Positions 1-13,000 of a stretch of 64,000 bases of DNA are shown here, piece by piece. The DNA comes from Callorhinchus milii. Its lineage: Eukaryota. The notes below the pieces were generated by a model. It was not told where the DNA came from, ran no database searches, and worked only from the letters and a program-made list of their open reading frames with translations. The DNA lies in the NCBI RefSeq assembly GCF_018977255.1, contig NW_024704742.1:89530001-89594000 (forward strand), read 5' to 3'. Both the position numbers and the translations under genes were made by a program. The first letter of the stretch is position 1. Every line of letters begins with the position of its first letter.

Positions 1-309
1 CCCTTCATAGAGAAAAGCATCTCACAGCCCTGTCTGCTCTGTAAAGAATTTAGAGATGTCCTCTCAATGTGAAAGGGACTACGGTATACAAATGCAAAAT
101 GATTATTGTAGTTGTTATTAACCCTAAGATCAGAGGGGCATCCCAATTAAATTAGTGTGATTTCTCTATTTTCAATATCAACCATTCTTGTGGCTTTTTT
201 GAATTGAGGTAAGCAGGTCAGAGCCAGCAAGGCTCAATTGCAGATTACAACAAAAGTGTTGTAAGACAGGACACCACCAGGACCTGAGTACAAACTGTTC
301 AAATCCCAT

Positions 310-708
310 TCATATAGGACTCAGAGGATACAGTTCAAGATCCACTCCTCCCTATACCTTCAAAGCCCTCCACGAGCTTGCTCCTTCCTACCTCTGTAAC
401 CTCTTAACACCCTATCAACCTCCGCTCAGCGGGCTCCGGCCTGCTTCATGTCCCCCGCCTTGCCCGCACCACATTGGCGGACAAGCCTTCAGCCTCTCTG
501 CCCTCACCCTCTGGAATTCCATCCCACAGTCCCTTCGCCTCACCCCCTCACTTCCCTCCTTCAAGACCCATCTCACGACTCTCCTCTTTAAGCGTGCCTT
601 TGGTCACCCTCCTTCCTTTACCCTCCCATCTCCACCCATCCACCACCAGCTCAGGTGCGGATCCCTGACTGTCAACCACCTTGGGATATCCTCCTGACAT
701 GAAAGGCT
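310..708 (+). mobile_element. L2 3' fragment
   Basis: QRIQFKI...TFKALHELAPSYLCNLL and the pyrimidine-rich 3' UTR seen in the other L2 copies. Abuts a minus-strand SINE head at 709-772. Confidence 0.88.
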
Positions 709-927
709 AGGAATCGAACCCACATTTCTGGCTTGTGAGGTGAGTGCTCTAACCACAGAGCTACAGGACTCCACCAGTTAGGTTTGAACTTGGTTCAAAC
801 TATAAGCCAAACATAAAGTAATTATACTGTAATGGGCTTTCAAACTCAACCATTCATCCCTCCTAAACCCTACCAGGAAGAAACCTTTGTTTTATGATTT
901 TAATTAAAAAAAAGCAACCAACTAATA

Positions 928-1740
928 AGAACATAAGAAATGCTAGACGAAAAAAGACCAAGGTCCATCTTCCACCTTCCTGGCGGTCGCATGCACATAT
1001 GTCCCAAACTACCTATGTACTATATCCCATAATGTTATTTCCTAAAAGAAAGCTGTCTAGTCTGTGTTTGAAAGAATCAACAATTCCTGCTTCAACAGTC
1101 TCCCTCGGGAGCCTGTTCCACAGGTTCACTATTCGCTCACTGAAATAGTGTTTGTGTAGATTCATTCTGAATTTTTCATTTTGTCATGATCTATATTTTC
1201 TTGCCCCTTTAGAATCTTAAAGACAGCAAACACCTCTCAATCTTCTCTTTCCCAGCGTGAACATGCCCAATTTACTTAGTCACTCCTCATAGTCCAATCT
1301 TTCCATTCCCTCAATCATTTTGGTTGCCCTCCACTGTATCTTCTCGATTTCTTCAATATCCTTTTTGTACTGCAGTGATCAGAACTGTACACAATACTCA
1401 CTTAAGTATGGTCTCACCAATGATTTATCCAGTGGCAGGATTACCCCATTACTTTGGCTTGCTATTGATCTTTTGATACATCCCAACATCTGGTTTGCTT
1501 TACTCACTGCCACAGAGCATTGTTGTAAGAGCTTCAATTTATTGTCAATCAGGACCCCCAGGTCCTTTCGTTTACCATACATATTCTTTTCCTTTCATTC
1601 AAATTGTAGTCCCTTCCAGGATTTTTTGTCCCTATGTGAAGTACTTTACATTTCTCCACATTGAATTTCATCTGCCACTGATCTGCCCAATTCACAAGGA
1701 TGTTGAAATCCTCCTGTAACCTATCTTGGTCAACCAGTTG
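928..1740 (-). mobile_element. CR1 LINE 3' part with 3' terminus
   Basis: LQEDFNILVNWADQWQMKFNVEKCKVLHIG, DLGVLIDNKL...KANQMLGCIKRSI...LVRPYL-EYCVQF. Ends ...TTTCTTATGTTCTTA at about 928. Confidence 0.93.
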
Positions 1741-1814
1741 CATATCCATTGAAATATATCTCCACTGATTCCTGCTTTCTTTACTTTCAGTACCAGCCTC
1801 TCAAGAGGAACAAT

Positions 1815-2830
1815 ATCAACAACAACAACAAAATTACATTTGTATAGCACCTTTCATGTTGGGAGGACGTCCTGAGGGGGGGATTGGGATTTGGGAGGGT
1901 GGAGGGCAGGGGGGGAAGCAGGATGATCAAAAGCATGGTTGAAAAGGAGGGTCTTGAGATAATAATAATAATCCTTGCATTTGATATAGCGCTTTTCACG
2001 TCTTCTCAATGTCTCAAAGCACTTCACAGAATATGCTGTAAAGTGAATTGACCATATATTTTGGGTGAAACGCGGCAGCCAATTGCGCCAGCAGTGTCGC
2101 ACAAACAGTCGTGGATTGAAAATGATCAATTTATTATTGTTTTGTTTTGGAGGGATTATTATTAGGCGTGTGGAGTAAGGAAGCTTGCCCAAGGTTTTGC
2201 CCTGCCTGGAATTGAACTCAGGTCTCTCACTTGCAAGACAAGTGCTCTAACCACTGAGCTACAGGATTCCAAGATGGGTCTTGAAGGAAGCAAAGGAGGG
2301 GGCGAGGTGGAGGGACTGTGGGATGGAGTTCCAGAGGGTGGTGGCAGAGTGACAGAAGGGCCGCCTGCCAATGGTGGGGTGGGCAAGGTGGGGGACGTGA
2401 AGTAGGCCAGAGCCTTGGGAGCAGAGGGAGCGGGCAGAATGGTAGGGGATTAGGAGGTTGCAGAGGTAAGGGGCAGCTTTGAAGGTAAGAATCAGGATCT
2501 TGAACTGTATTCTCTGTGTGATGGGAAGCCAGTGGAGTCGGGCGAGGATGGGGGTGATAGGGTCATGGAGCCTGGTGCAGGAGAGGACATGGGCTGCAGA
2601 GTTCTGGATGATCTGCAGCCTATGAAGGGAGGAGTTGGGGAGTACCGATAAGCAGGGAGTTTGCGTAGTCAAGCCTCAATGTTAAGAATGCATGTATGAG
2701 GGTTTCAGCGGCCTGCGTTGTGAGACAGTGGCAGAGCTGGGCGATGTTGCAGAGGTGAGGGAAGCAGAGTAGGTCAAGCCACGGATGTAGAGTAGAAAGG
2801 ATAGTTGATCATCAAAAAAGACGCTAAGGT
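1815..2830 (-). mobile_element. L2 3' fragment lying between the CR1 pieces, split by a SINE at 1961-2270
   Basis: RLQIIQNSAAHVL...PITPILARLHWLPITQRIQFKILILTFKA (2270-2830). The L2 resumes at 1960 and ends in the tail plus (TTG)n at about 1815. Confidence 0.92.
1961..2270 (-). mobile_element. Young tRNA-Ala-derived SINE, short form
   Basis: A box TAGCTCAGTGG, B box GAGTTCAATTCC, Deu-like 3' body, stem-loop tail, (TTA)n. AGAT is present on both flanks. Confidence 0.93.
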
Positions 2831-4200
2831 GAAAGGCCTTACTGAAATCCAGATATACAACGTCCACAACCTTACCTTTATCGAGCTCCCTTGTCCCACT
2901 GTCAAAGAAAACCAGTAAATTAGATTGGCAAGACCTCCTCTTCATGAACCCATATTGTCTATCATTTATGACTTTATTTCTGTCCAGATGCTCCATGATT
3001 TTATCCTTAATAAGAGTTTCCTGGGTCACTTTTGTTAACTTTCTTAAAAATAGAAGTAACATCTAGCTTTCTCCAGTCCTCCAGCACCTCTCCAGTATTC
3101 AGTTATTTTTGAAAGATTTGTGCCAGCATTTCTGCGACTTTCTCCCTTAGTTCCTTAAGGATCCTTGAATGCAATTTATCTGACACCTGGGATTTATTTA
3201 CCTTACGTTTACACAGCTGTTTGGCAACCATGCTGGTAGTGATATGAATAGTGTTGCAACTTTTCTCAGCGACATCCATGAGTTCTCTTTCCAGATCAGG
3301 TAAGTTACCCATCTCCTCCTTGGTAAAGACTGATGCAAAAAACTTATTTAGCACTATTGCAGCCTGTGCAGCATTATTTGTCATGTTCTCTCCTGAACCC
3401 ACCTTCAGTGGCCCTATTCCATTGCTTGTTTTTCTTTTACTCTTAATGTAATGTGAAAAACTTTTTGTTATTGTTCTTCACATCTCTTGCCATGTTCAAT
3501 TCAAAGCTTTTCTTTACCATTCTGATGCCTTTTTTGCAGTCCTGGTATGCCTTCTAGTATTGAATCCAACTTAATTATGTGCCATTTTCCTTCATGGTCT
3601 TAAATGCCTTTTATTTTCCTCTTTATAATTTACTTTGTAGCCCCATCCAACCAGGCAGGAATGCCTTTAAGCTTGGTATCTTTGCTTCTCATGGGTACAC
3701 ATTGTTCCATTGCCTTCATAATCACCTCCTTGAAGGAACTCCATAGGTCCTCCACTCCCATTGCCACTCCCTGCCAGGCCCACTCCGACGAGACTTCTCA
3801 ACTGCACAAAGTCAGTCCTCTTGAAATTTGGCAGTTCTGTTTGGGGTTTTTATAACCTCACCAATTCTTGTGATGTCAAATATGACTGCATTGTGATCGC
3901 TGTTGCTTAATGCTTCTGCCACCTTTATGTTGGAGATTTGGTCATCCCTGTGGCTCATTATCAAATCCAAGATGTTATCTCCCCTTGTTGGCTCTTTTAC
4001 AAACTGTGTCATAAAACAGTCTTCCCTTAACTCTAGAAACCTCTTCCCTATCTTACCAGTAGACACATTATTATCCCAATCAATTACGGGTTAGCTAAAA
4101 TCTCCAACTACTATGGTTGATCCCTTACTAGTGGCCTTCCTTATTTCATCCCACAGTTCCAGATCAAGGCTTTCACCCTGGCTTGGGGGTCTAAAGCAAA
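2830..4200 (-). mobile_element. CR1 LINE ORF2 fragment (APE C-half to start of RT)
   Basis: VVGDF...FMTQFVKEPTRGDNILDLIM...SDHNAV, LNKFFASVFTKE, LHSRILKEL, QYGFMKRRSCQSNLL...VDVVYLDFSKAF (ORFs 3812-4066, 3103-3402, 2682-3062). Confidence 0.95.
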
Positions 4201-4329
4201 TTGAAACAGAATAAAGTGTTTACTTTGAGGAGGTTTCCTTGTTCTCATTGTAACAATTGTACTTCATTTCTAAATGAGTCTCTTTAGATCTTGGAGTGCT
4301 GAGGGATATACTTGCAGCTATTTTCTCCA

Positions 4330-4750
4330 GTGTGCTTGTAAACAATCGAAGATATTGTGAATTGGAGTTGTAAGGGATTCGCAAATATTGAAGCCTGCGT
4401 GAAATCGAAAGAAGGTTACACCAGGGTTGGTTGAGCCAGTGGCTAGAGGGCATCAATTGAAGATATATAGCAAATGAGCAAGTGGGGAGATCAGGAGGAA
4501 TGTTTTCACACAAAGAATGGTTAGGATGTGGAATGCCCTGCCAGGAGCAGTGGTTGAGGTAAAATCCATATTAGCTTTCAAAAGGGAACTAGAAAAATGA
4601 GTGACTAAATACATAAAAAGGTGTCAACTACAGTGGTATAGGGAAATGGCAGGTAAATGGAACTGAAAGGTTTGCGCTTAAAAGAACCAGCACAGATATG
4701 ATGGATCAAATGGCCTTCTTCTGCGTTGTAAATATCTATGGTTCTATGGA
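4330..4750 (+). mobile_element. Old CR1 3' end
   Basis: TTTTCACACAAAGAATGGTTAGGATGTGGAATGCCCTGCC...AAATGGCCTTCTTCTGCG...TCTATGGTTCTATG terminal octamer. Confidence 0.8.
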
Positions 4751-6220
4751 CCACAAAATTATTCTCCAATTGAGTTGGAGACGAGTTCTGGCAGGTCAGG
4801 GTGACACACTCCCGGTGGTTCTTGTCTGAAACAAAGGCAATGAATGTTTTCTTTTGTTTCAACCAAAAATTACACATATGCTTAGAATGCTGAGACATGC
4901 TATTTCAGTGAAAACAGTGTTATACCACTAGTTTAAAATTAGGAGCAAAGATCAAAGAAACAACATCAAAGAACTTTCCCTTTCAAGACATAATCAAACC
5001 TGAACTCTTTGTTTATTCTTGATACCGGAGAATAGTAGCAAATAAAATGGATTCAGACACTGTGGGAATGAAATTGTACCCAGTCATAGTCTGTAAGATC
5101 AATTTGTCTGAGAATTTAAGATGACACAGAAATATAGAAACGACTTAAATTTGTCTCTATCTGGAAGCCAGTTCTTTCCAGAAATTTGGAAATATATTTT
5201 GCTTCCACCACCCACCCACCCCCCATCCCCCCACACTCAGACACTTATAAAATCTATCTTTTCAACCGTGCTTTTGGTCACACACACCCTCCCCACCTCC
5301 CTACCCTCCCCCACTTCCTTCTCCAGCTCAAGATCCCAATGTTCTGAGGTGCCATTCCGACATGAAAGGCACTATAAAAATTTAAATTATTGCTGCTGTT
5401 GTGCCTCCATAATTTTCTCTTCTCAATAATACCCGTCAAGTAGTTATATTATATTTAGAATTGATATTTACCTTTGCCTAAATGACATCTCCGTGTTTCA
5501 TACCAATGTGAATAGTTCAGGTTTTGCTCTTCAGAAAATAAACATTTAAAAATAAGTCTGACTGAACTTTGAATCAGTCTCGCTTGCTCCATATTTTAAT
5601 GATAAGGCAATCAGTTCAAGTTAACAACACTGCAGTAAGTAGTATAATAGTTTAATCTGCCCAATCTGTTCCAAACATCATTTTGGGTTATGGGCCAGTT
5701 TGTCATTCTGTTTCTGTGCAAAATATTGGGGGGTACATACTTTCCAACAGTATATGTGACTTTCAATAAAGTGTATTTTGGGCACATAAATTGAGGATGC
5801 CAGTCACATTACTGAGCGTCTGTCTACTTCTTGACCTGTTCAAGGGACATATTCCCTGAAGCAGATGAACAATTCCCCCTTAAATGAAAATGCCCATTAA
5901 CTATGTCTTTAAACCTTTGTGCATCCTAGTTTAATATGGAGCATTATGTTTCACTGGCAGCTGGCGGTAAAAGACAAAATGAATAGATTGCCACCAGACT
6001 CTGATGGTCTTATTTCCTTTAACTTTTTACTCTACGTCAATTGTTTCTTTCCGGTTCAACAGGACAAAGGACACAACCAGTTGCTCCACTCTGCAAGACT
6101 GATTCAGATTGCTGTTGTATCCCGTGTCTGGCCTGGTTTCAGAATATAGAAAAATATGTAAGCAATGAAGACTTTACATCTATCAAGTTCATTCTGACCA
6201 CAGGCCATATACAACATGTT

Positions 6221-6630
6221 AGTGACAGCCTGGCTCAGTTGGTGCACTCTTGGCTCTGAGTCAAAAGGTAGTGTGGGTTGAAGACCATGATGTGACTTTA
6301 AGCTAAATGTCTAGGCTAGTATTCCAGCGCTGGTGAGTTGTCTGGTGCCATTCTTTAAATCCGAGGTCCCCTTGCCTGTTTATCTTAAAGATTCCATGGA
6401 ACTAATTGAAAAGAAAAGGGAGTTTATCCCTGATGTCCTTGGCAACAATCCCTTGATTAATTGATCATTCACCTCATGGCTGTTTGTGGGACATTCAGGG
6501 CACAAATTGGCAACTGTGTTTGCCTACAGAATAAACAGTTACTACACTTGCCAGAAATTCCCTGCAAAGCGCTTTGAAAAGTTTCAACATTTTAGGCACT
6601 ATGATAGTATAATTATTATTTATTGTTGTG
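6221..6630 (+). mobile_element. Old Deu-domain SINE (SacSINE1-like), full length
   Basis: Head GTGACAGCCTGGCTCAGTTGGT...CTCTGAGTCA, body and tail colinear with 18059-18500. Confidence 0.8.
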
Positions 6631-7399
6631 ATCTGTACCCAACCTATTTGATGCCCTGAGGCAAGTGAGTAAAAGAAGACAAGCATGAGACTCTTGTCAT
6701 TTTGGCTGTAGAGATTATTTTGGTTGAAACAGAATCATTTGAGGAAAGAGTTACCCAAGGTTTGAAGGAGATAAGAATATCATGCTAATAAAAGAATCAG
6801 AGGAGGGCTGCGGCTTTGCTAATTCAATACCAGCTGCTTTCTGATCTTGAGATATTGTGAGGGATGGAAGCAGCAGAGAGAGCAAAAAGGGGTCCAAACA
6901 AAAAAAAATCCAATCTTTTTGAAAATGCTAATCAGGAGAAATAACAAAAGTAGTGGGAGTTTATGCAAGAGAACTGGAGACAGCGGAAGAGAGACGGAGA
7001 GGCAGAAAGCAAAGGAAAACAGTATGATTGCAAGTTGTTTTAAAAAAGAATTCCAGCTAAGCACAGCATTGTGTGGTGTTGGATTATTTGGAACCTGTTA
7101 TTTGCTATTTAGAAGTTTGTGCAATCGAGGATTAAAAAACAATGAATTGTTTATATACTTTTGAACAAAAAAAAAGGAATCACCAATTATTATGAAAATG
7201 AAAAGTGGAAAACATTTACAAAATAACTAAAGGGTGGTTGGTCCTTAGTGTGAGAGAAAGACATACAAATAATTATAATAGGGCCTCTGTTTTTCATGAA
7301 CTTCCAACAAAGGTAATTCAAAGACTTTTTTACATTAAATGTACCGATCCAATAAATACACATATTTGATCATCAAGTAAAACATTCCTGGTACTGAAG

Positions 7400-7855
7400 A
7401 ATGAGAGGAATAAGGTGTTTGAGGTTCTGAAAGGACTCAACGTGGTAAATAGAGATACAACTATTTCCTTTAGTTGGGAAAATGGTGACAAGGGGCAAAG
7501 TCTCAGGAATGTTAGCAGACAATTAAGAGGCAAGGATAGGCAGAATATGTTCACTCAGAGCATTGTTTGGATGGATCCGAAACATTGATTTTCCAGTGTC
7601 TTGGGACATCCTCCTGATGTGAAAGCCGCTATACAAATGTAATTTTGTTGTTGTTGTTTGGATGTGGAATTAATTACAAGTCACTTTTGATGGTGGATCA
7701 ATAGAATCATTTGAAAGGAAACTAGATAAATACCTGCAAAGTNAAAAAAGTTAAGGGATCTAGGGAAAACGCGATTAATAAGAAAGGTGATTTCGAACCA
7801 GAAATACAGTGGCACAAATATGATGGGCAGAATGGCCTCTTCCATTCATTTTTTG
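7400..7855 (+). mobile_element. Old CR1 3' fragment with a short L2-type tail inserted near 7595-7657
   Basis: GTGTTTGAGGTTCTGAAAGGACTCAAC...AGGGGCAAAGTCTCAGG...GGGCAGAATGGCCTCTT. Confidence 0.7.
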
Positions 7856-7904
7856 ATCCTTATCTTACCAAGCAGACTTACCTATAGGCTAAAACGTATT
7901 TCAT

Positions 7905-8045
7905 TATTGGTAGTAATATTATTATTAATAGTATTAGGAACAATATTATTATTAACATAACAATATTGTTAATAATAATATTCTGATAATATTAATAATA
8001 TTGTTAATAATAATATTATTGATAATATTAATAGCAATAATAAAA
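7905..8045. repeat. AT-rich low-complexity palindromic repeat
   Basis: Perfect 16 bp inverted repeat 7942-7957 / 7967-7982 and an approximately 35 bp tandem duplication. Confidence 0.85.
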
Positions 8046-8439
8046 TACCCAAAGGAATACAGTAGTTCAGGTGCTGTTGGGACCACAGCAACTAATCAGA
8101 ACTAAGTTATGGGAAAATACATATAGATATTCTGTAAATCTGTCTGCAACTTATGCCTTGATATTAATAGGCAGGTCATAGTCATGGATCATGTCATCTC
8201 CCTCAATGAATGTACACAACCATTCAGATTGGCTCCAAATAAAAGAATCATGAGTTGATCAGTTATTAACCTCTATGCAGAATCCTCAGGTGAATGTTTC
8301 TCATTTGAATGCATCTCAACAAGGCTGTAATTTGTTCTATTCAGGATGTGCAGAACTCCTAAATTGTGTGAAAGGATTGCTTTAGTTACTAGATACTCAG
8401 TGGATTTTGACAAATGCGTATAGTCCACACGAGCAGGTT

Positions 8440-8790
8440 AGGGCTCTTCGGTCTTGTGAGAAGATGACTTAGAGGGAACCCATTTTAAAGGGGATTGAAA
8501 AGTAAACCCAGATGAATACTTTCGGATGCATTACAACATTAGAACAAGACGATCTAGGTTTAGAGTTGAAAAGTGCAAATTGAGGACAGATACCAGGAAG
8601 TTTATATTTACACAGAGGGAAATCAATGACTAGAACAGGTTGCGAGGAACAATGGTAGAGACCAAGACATTGAACTCAATTAAAAAGAAGCTTAATGCAA
8701 TGATGGGGTGATAGAAGGCTGGGTGTTTTGTAGGGATGAGATTGGATAGGCTGACCATCCAGACCAACCTTGTGAGCTTGTGATCTTGTG
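8440..8790 (+). mobile_element. CR1 3' fragment
   Basis: GGGCTCTTCGGTCTTGTGAGAAGATGACTTAGAGGG...AGGACAGATACCAGGAAG...; ends in (CTTGTGAN)3. Confidence 0.75.
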
Positions 8791-11700
8791 AGTGTAGGAC
8801 TGACTGCCAATATAATCAGTCTCAAGATCTTAAAAGGATACATTGAAATTGTGTGTCCAAAGTTGCTTTCACAACTGTTCCAGTGTTTATCAAAGAAACC
8901 AATTCAGCTCTTCAGTTAACTGATGATATATATCAGTGAGTATGTCTCCACTGAGGTGAGAACACGGACACTGCTACTCTGTCAATGCCAAGCAGTTGGG
9001 TTTTGGGCTGTAAATTCTCTGGAAAGAATAATCTCTCCTTCTGCAGACTCTCCTCCTTTCTCTGTCTTCTGCTATAAAGTATCACTGACCACAGTAAGTA
9101 CTCCTCTAACATGATAGATCGCTGAACTGAATAACTTGACTAAAGGAGTGAGTGGGCGTTAGTTCTGTTTCTACTGACTTTAATTTTGACTTATGGCACT
9201 CAGATTACTGAGGGATTTAATGTGGCAAATTGAAGGTTGGCTTGATTTAGTCAGGCTTGTCTCCCATGTGGTGTTTTTGTATTTTTGCTGTTACACATTG
9301 CACTGTGTTTAATTCAATGTGGGGCATGCAGATTAGCTGTATTTATACTGAAAGTATTAATACCACAATAAGAAGTGGACGTGCAGCTACACATTGCACA
9401 GGATGATTGCAACCATAAGACTCTCATACTGAAAGATTGGCAATTTCTCCCGACGTCCTGGTCAACAATCCTCCAGATAAAATCGGTCATTCATTTCATG
9501 GCTGTCTGTGAGACATTGTGGTATGTAAATTGCTGCTACATTCGCCCACAAAATACACACAGTTACCGCAAGGGAGAAGTTTCAAAATTAACACAGAAAG
9601 CAAAAATCAAATAAAATAAACATCTAAGAGAAACAGAATCAAAGAGAAGGAAAAACTTAGAAAGTGAGCGACAATCTACCAAAAAGTTTAAAAATACTTT
9701 ATTTTCCCGGGTATATCTGAACCTTTTGTGGATCAGGTTAAACATAAGAAATGCACTCCAAGAATGCAAGGAAAATTAATGGGTAAAAATTTGTGCTGAC
9801 CTGCAAGGTTTCAGCTTTGAGCTGGGAGATCTCTTTGGAGCTAATGTCTCCTGAGTTAATGCGACATATATGGGGTTCTGAACAAATTTTAGCATCGAAT
9901 CACAATTTACGCTGAGGTTTAGCTGTTCAGATGCTTTTTAAACCCCATTGTGTTGAAACATTACCACCCAGGACTTCCACAGAGCCAGCTGAAGGAACTC
10001 TTGAGGAGACTGTTGTGGTGTCACCTCAATTCTGCTGCTGTTCTGCCTGTGTTGGACGAGTGGAGGATAAACCCCTATTGGAGATTGCTTCCTGCCAATC
10101 TATGTATTCACTCACAAGTGAATACCTCTTTGGTGTTCTTGCCTTCCATAATCAATAAAACAGACTCCATTCCCTAGGCCAAACAGCCATCGCCGTTGAG
10201 AACACTACAATGCTACTGTTTGGATTCATCAAGATGTTTAATAATAATAATAATAATAATCCTTGCATTTGATATAACACCTTATCATGTCTTCAAAACA
10301 TCCCAAAGCGCTTCACAAAATATACTGTAAAGTGAATTGACTGTATATTTTGTGGGTTTCAGTCAAAGAATCATTGTTAGCAGTATGAGAACAACAGATT
10401 TGATGTTAGATTACACAGTGAAGGACGGTAGAAGCTTCTGGCAATTAGATTTTGGAATACAGTAATTCTGAACATGACAATAACAGGAATTTATGTAAAA
10501 TAAATAGATTTTTGGAGCAACCAAGTTACACACAATTGGATGCATTTCCTTATATATTATTGTGATGGTACTAATAAAATGGAATGATAGTGAAGGCTGT
10601 AATTTCTGAAGCGTGTGAATATTGGTTTGCAGAAACAATTCTCACCAGAACCCCTATGTTCCACACAGTAGAAGATTGCAGCTACCTTTTGTTCTGCCCC
10701 TATTACCTCTTTCTTATTTGGCACACTTGTACAACTCTCATTTTTTATGAAAAAGAAAACAATTTTCATTTGATCAAAGCTTCATAGGGTCAAAAAAGTA
10801 TTGTTGGGGATATGAGGACAACACAATATCAAGGAATCATTGTTGGCAATATGACAGGAAAAGTATTAGGTGTAGGAGAAGGAGTTTATCCCAGGGTCCT
10901 GGCCATAATCCCCCCAAATAAAATTGAACACTCATTTCATTGCTGCTTGTGTTTCACTGCTGTGCGCAAATTGGCTGCTGTGTTTGCCCACAAAATATAC
11001 AAAGTTGCACTACTTTAGAGTTATCATGTAAAGGGCTTTGAGATGTTTTCATCACTTGATAACGCACTGTATCAAGCACAAGGATTGTTATAGATTATGC
11101 TGTGAAGGACTGCAGGACAGTTTAACACTAATATTACTGCTTTCTTCTTTGACACAAATGTACATCTCTTGTTTTTAAAAAAAAACAATTTTCACTTGAT
11201 CAAAGTTTCATATGCTATCAACAGGCCTCGGCAGGGGGTTCAAGCTATTTTGTTGCAACCACAATGATGATCCTCAATAGCCCACAGTTTGCTGCTGACT
11301 CTGAGGGGTACATTTCTGTTCTGTAAGCACATGGAAATCAGCACGGAAAATGTAACCCTTCGATTGCCAACACATCCAGAGAATTCTGAATTCCTGTTTG
11401 GTTATTTTTCACGTCAGGTTGAAACAAACACCAATAGTGGATTTGAAATTGTCGTTGAAACACAGAGTTGTAAATTACGACGCTTCCTGATAACCAGGTG
11501 TGCATCACTTTGCCCTGTGGGAGTGCTGCATGGACACAATCTCTGGGGTCACATCAAAGCTAACCTCTGCTTTGCCAGCGCGGTACACCTGGTTAACAGC
11601 AGGAGTTGTTATCTGAGACTCAGCAAGTTGCCTTTTGTGACTCCGTGTTACGAATCAAATACAATTTACATTTACGTCAGGAGGAAGTCTCAAACCGCTG

Positions 11701-12139
11701 CTGTGGGTGGGAGCTGAAGAGGGTGGGGAAAGATGACCAAAAGCGTGGTCAAAGAGGTGGGCCCTGAACGTCTTGAATAGCAGCTTTTCAACAACAACGA
11801 CAACAACTTGCATTTATGCCAAACACCTTTCATGTAGGGTAATGTCTCAAAGTACTTCACAGGCATTACTATAATGTGTAGCTATTGTGTTTTGTAGGCG
11901 AGCATCACTTTTCTCAGCGTTTTGTTCTTTGCACATTGTTTCTTCAAGGTCAGCTAAATGTGACAGTTTGGAATATAAATACAGTGGGCTTACATTTGTG
12001 ATATTCTGTTCTTTAGTCATCGCCGGGGATAATTACTGAACAGAACCCATTTAGAAATAATGTCATTTAGATGTGTTATAACTTTGAAGTTTCCCCATAT
12101 TATTTTCAGTATTGCCTGGAAAATGCAGTCCTGTAGTTC

Positions 12140-12456
12140 AATAACAATAATAATAATAATAATACTTGCATTTGCTATAGCGCTTTTCACATCTTCTAGA
12201 CGTCTCAAAGCACTTCACAGAATACACTGTAAAGTGAATTGACTGTATATTTGTGGGCAAAATGCGGCAGCCAATTGCGCACAGCAGTGTCCCACAAACA
12301 GTCGTGGATTGAAGTGACCAATTTATTATTGTTTTGAGGGATTATTATCAGGCGTGTGGAGTAAGGAAATTTGCCCATGGTTTCACCCTGCCGGGAATCA
12401 AACCCATGTCTCTCGATTGCAAAGCGAGTGCTCTAACCACTGAGCTACGGGACTCC
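12140..12456 (-). mobile_element. Young tRNA-Ala-derived SINE, short form
   Basis: Colinear with 33298-33621. Confidence 0.92.
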
Positions 12457-12458
12457 AC

Positions 12459-13000
12459 TAAGTGGTTAGCACGCTCACCTCACAAGCAAGAGGAACAGGG
12501 CAGGGTGAAACCTTAGGCAAGTTAATAAAAACATAAGAAATGCTCGATGGAAGAAGATCAAGTTTGCCTTCCACCTTCCTGGCGGTTGCATGCACATATG
12601 TCCCCAAACTACCTACGTACTATATTGTATAATGTTATTTCCTAAAAGAAAACTATATAATCTGTGTTTGAAAGAATCAACACTTCCTGCTTCAACCTTC
12701 TCCCTTGGGAGCCTGTTCCCCAGGTTCACTATTTGAGGTTCTTACTCCACACCCTGTTAACCTAGCAGTAAGTAGAAACCCGGTTATTAGTCGATTGGGG
12801 GATCGCTTTCTGGGGGTTTATAATGCCTTCAAAACAAATGGAGTCACTCAATCCACGACTGTTTTGGGATATTGCTTTGCACAATCGGCTGCCACATTCC
12901 GCCCATAAAATACACAGGCAATCCACTTTACAATATATATTCTTTAAAATGATTTGAGAGATCTCAATGATGTGATAAGGCGCAATAGCAAGAATTATTA
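12459..13000 (+). mobile_element. tRNA-Ala SINE, long form, split by a CR1 3' end
   Basis: Head 12459-12522 ends GGCAAGTT and resumes TTCTTACTCCACAC at about 12739 with the long-form segment CCTAGCAGTAAGTAG...GATCGCTTTCTGGGGG. Confidence 0.8.
12528..12735 (-). mobile_element. CR1 3' terminus, same family as 928-1140
   Basis: Shares AACATAAGAAATGCT...CCACCTTCCTGGCGGT.GCATGCACATATGTCCC...TGTGTTTGAAAGAATCAACA with 930-1130. Confidence 0.92.

Noticed and set aside
4437..4456. CTCF-like GGCTAGAGGGCA
   Set aside because: Lacks the CCAC 5' half and lies in a CR1 remnant.
7743..7743. Ambiguous base N (also at 58512)
   Set aside because: Assembly ambiguity beside homopolymer runs, not biology.
9781..9895. 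Small imperfect palindrome (AAAATTTGTGCTGACC / GGTTCTGAACAAATTTT)
   Set aside because: Arms are short and AT-rich; cannot be separated from chance.
11289..11717. 142 aa ORF
   Set aside because: TTG start, no recognisable domain, ends inside an L2 3' UTR.
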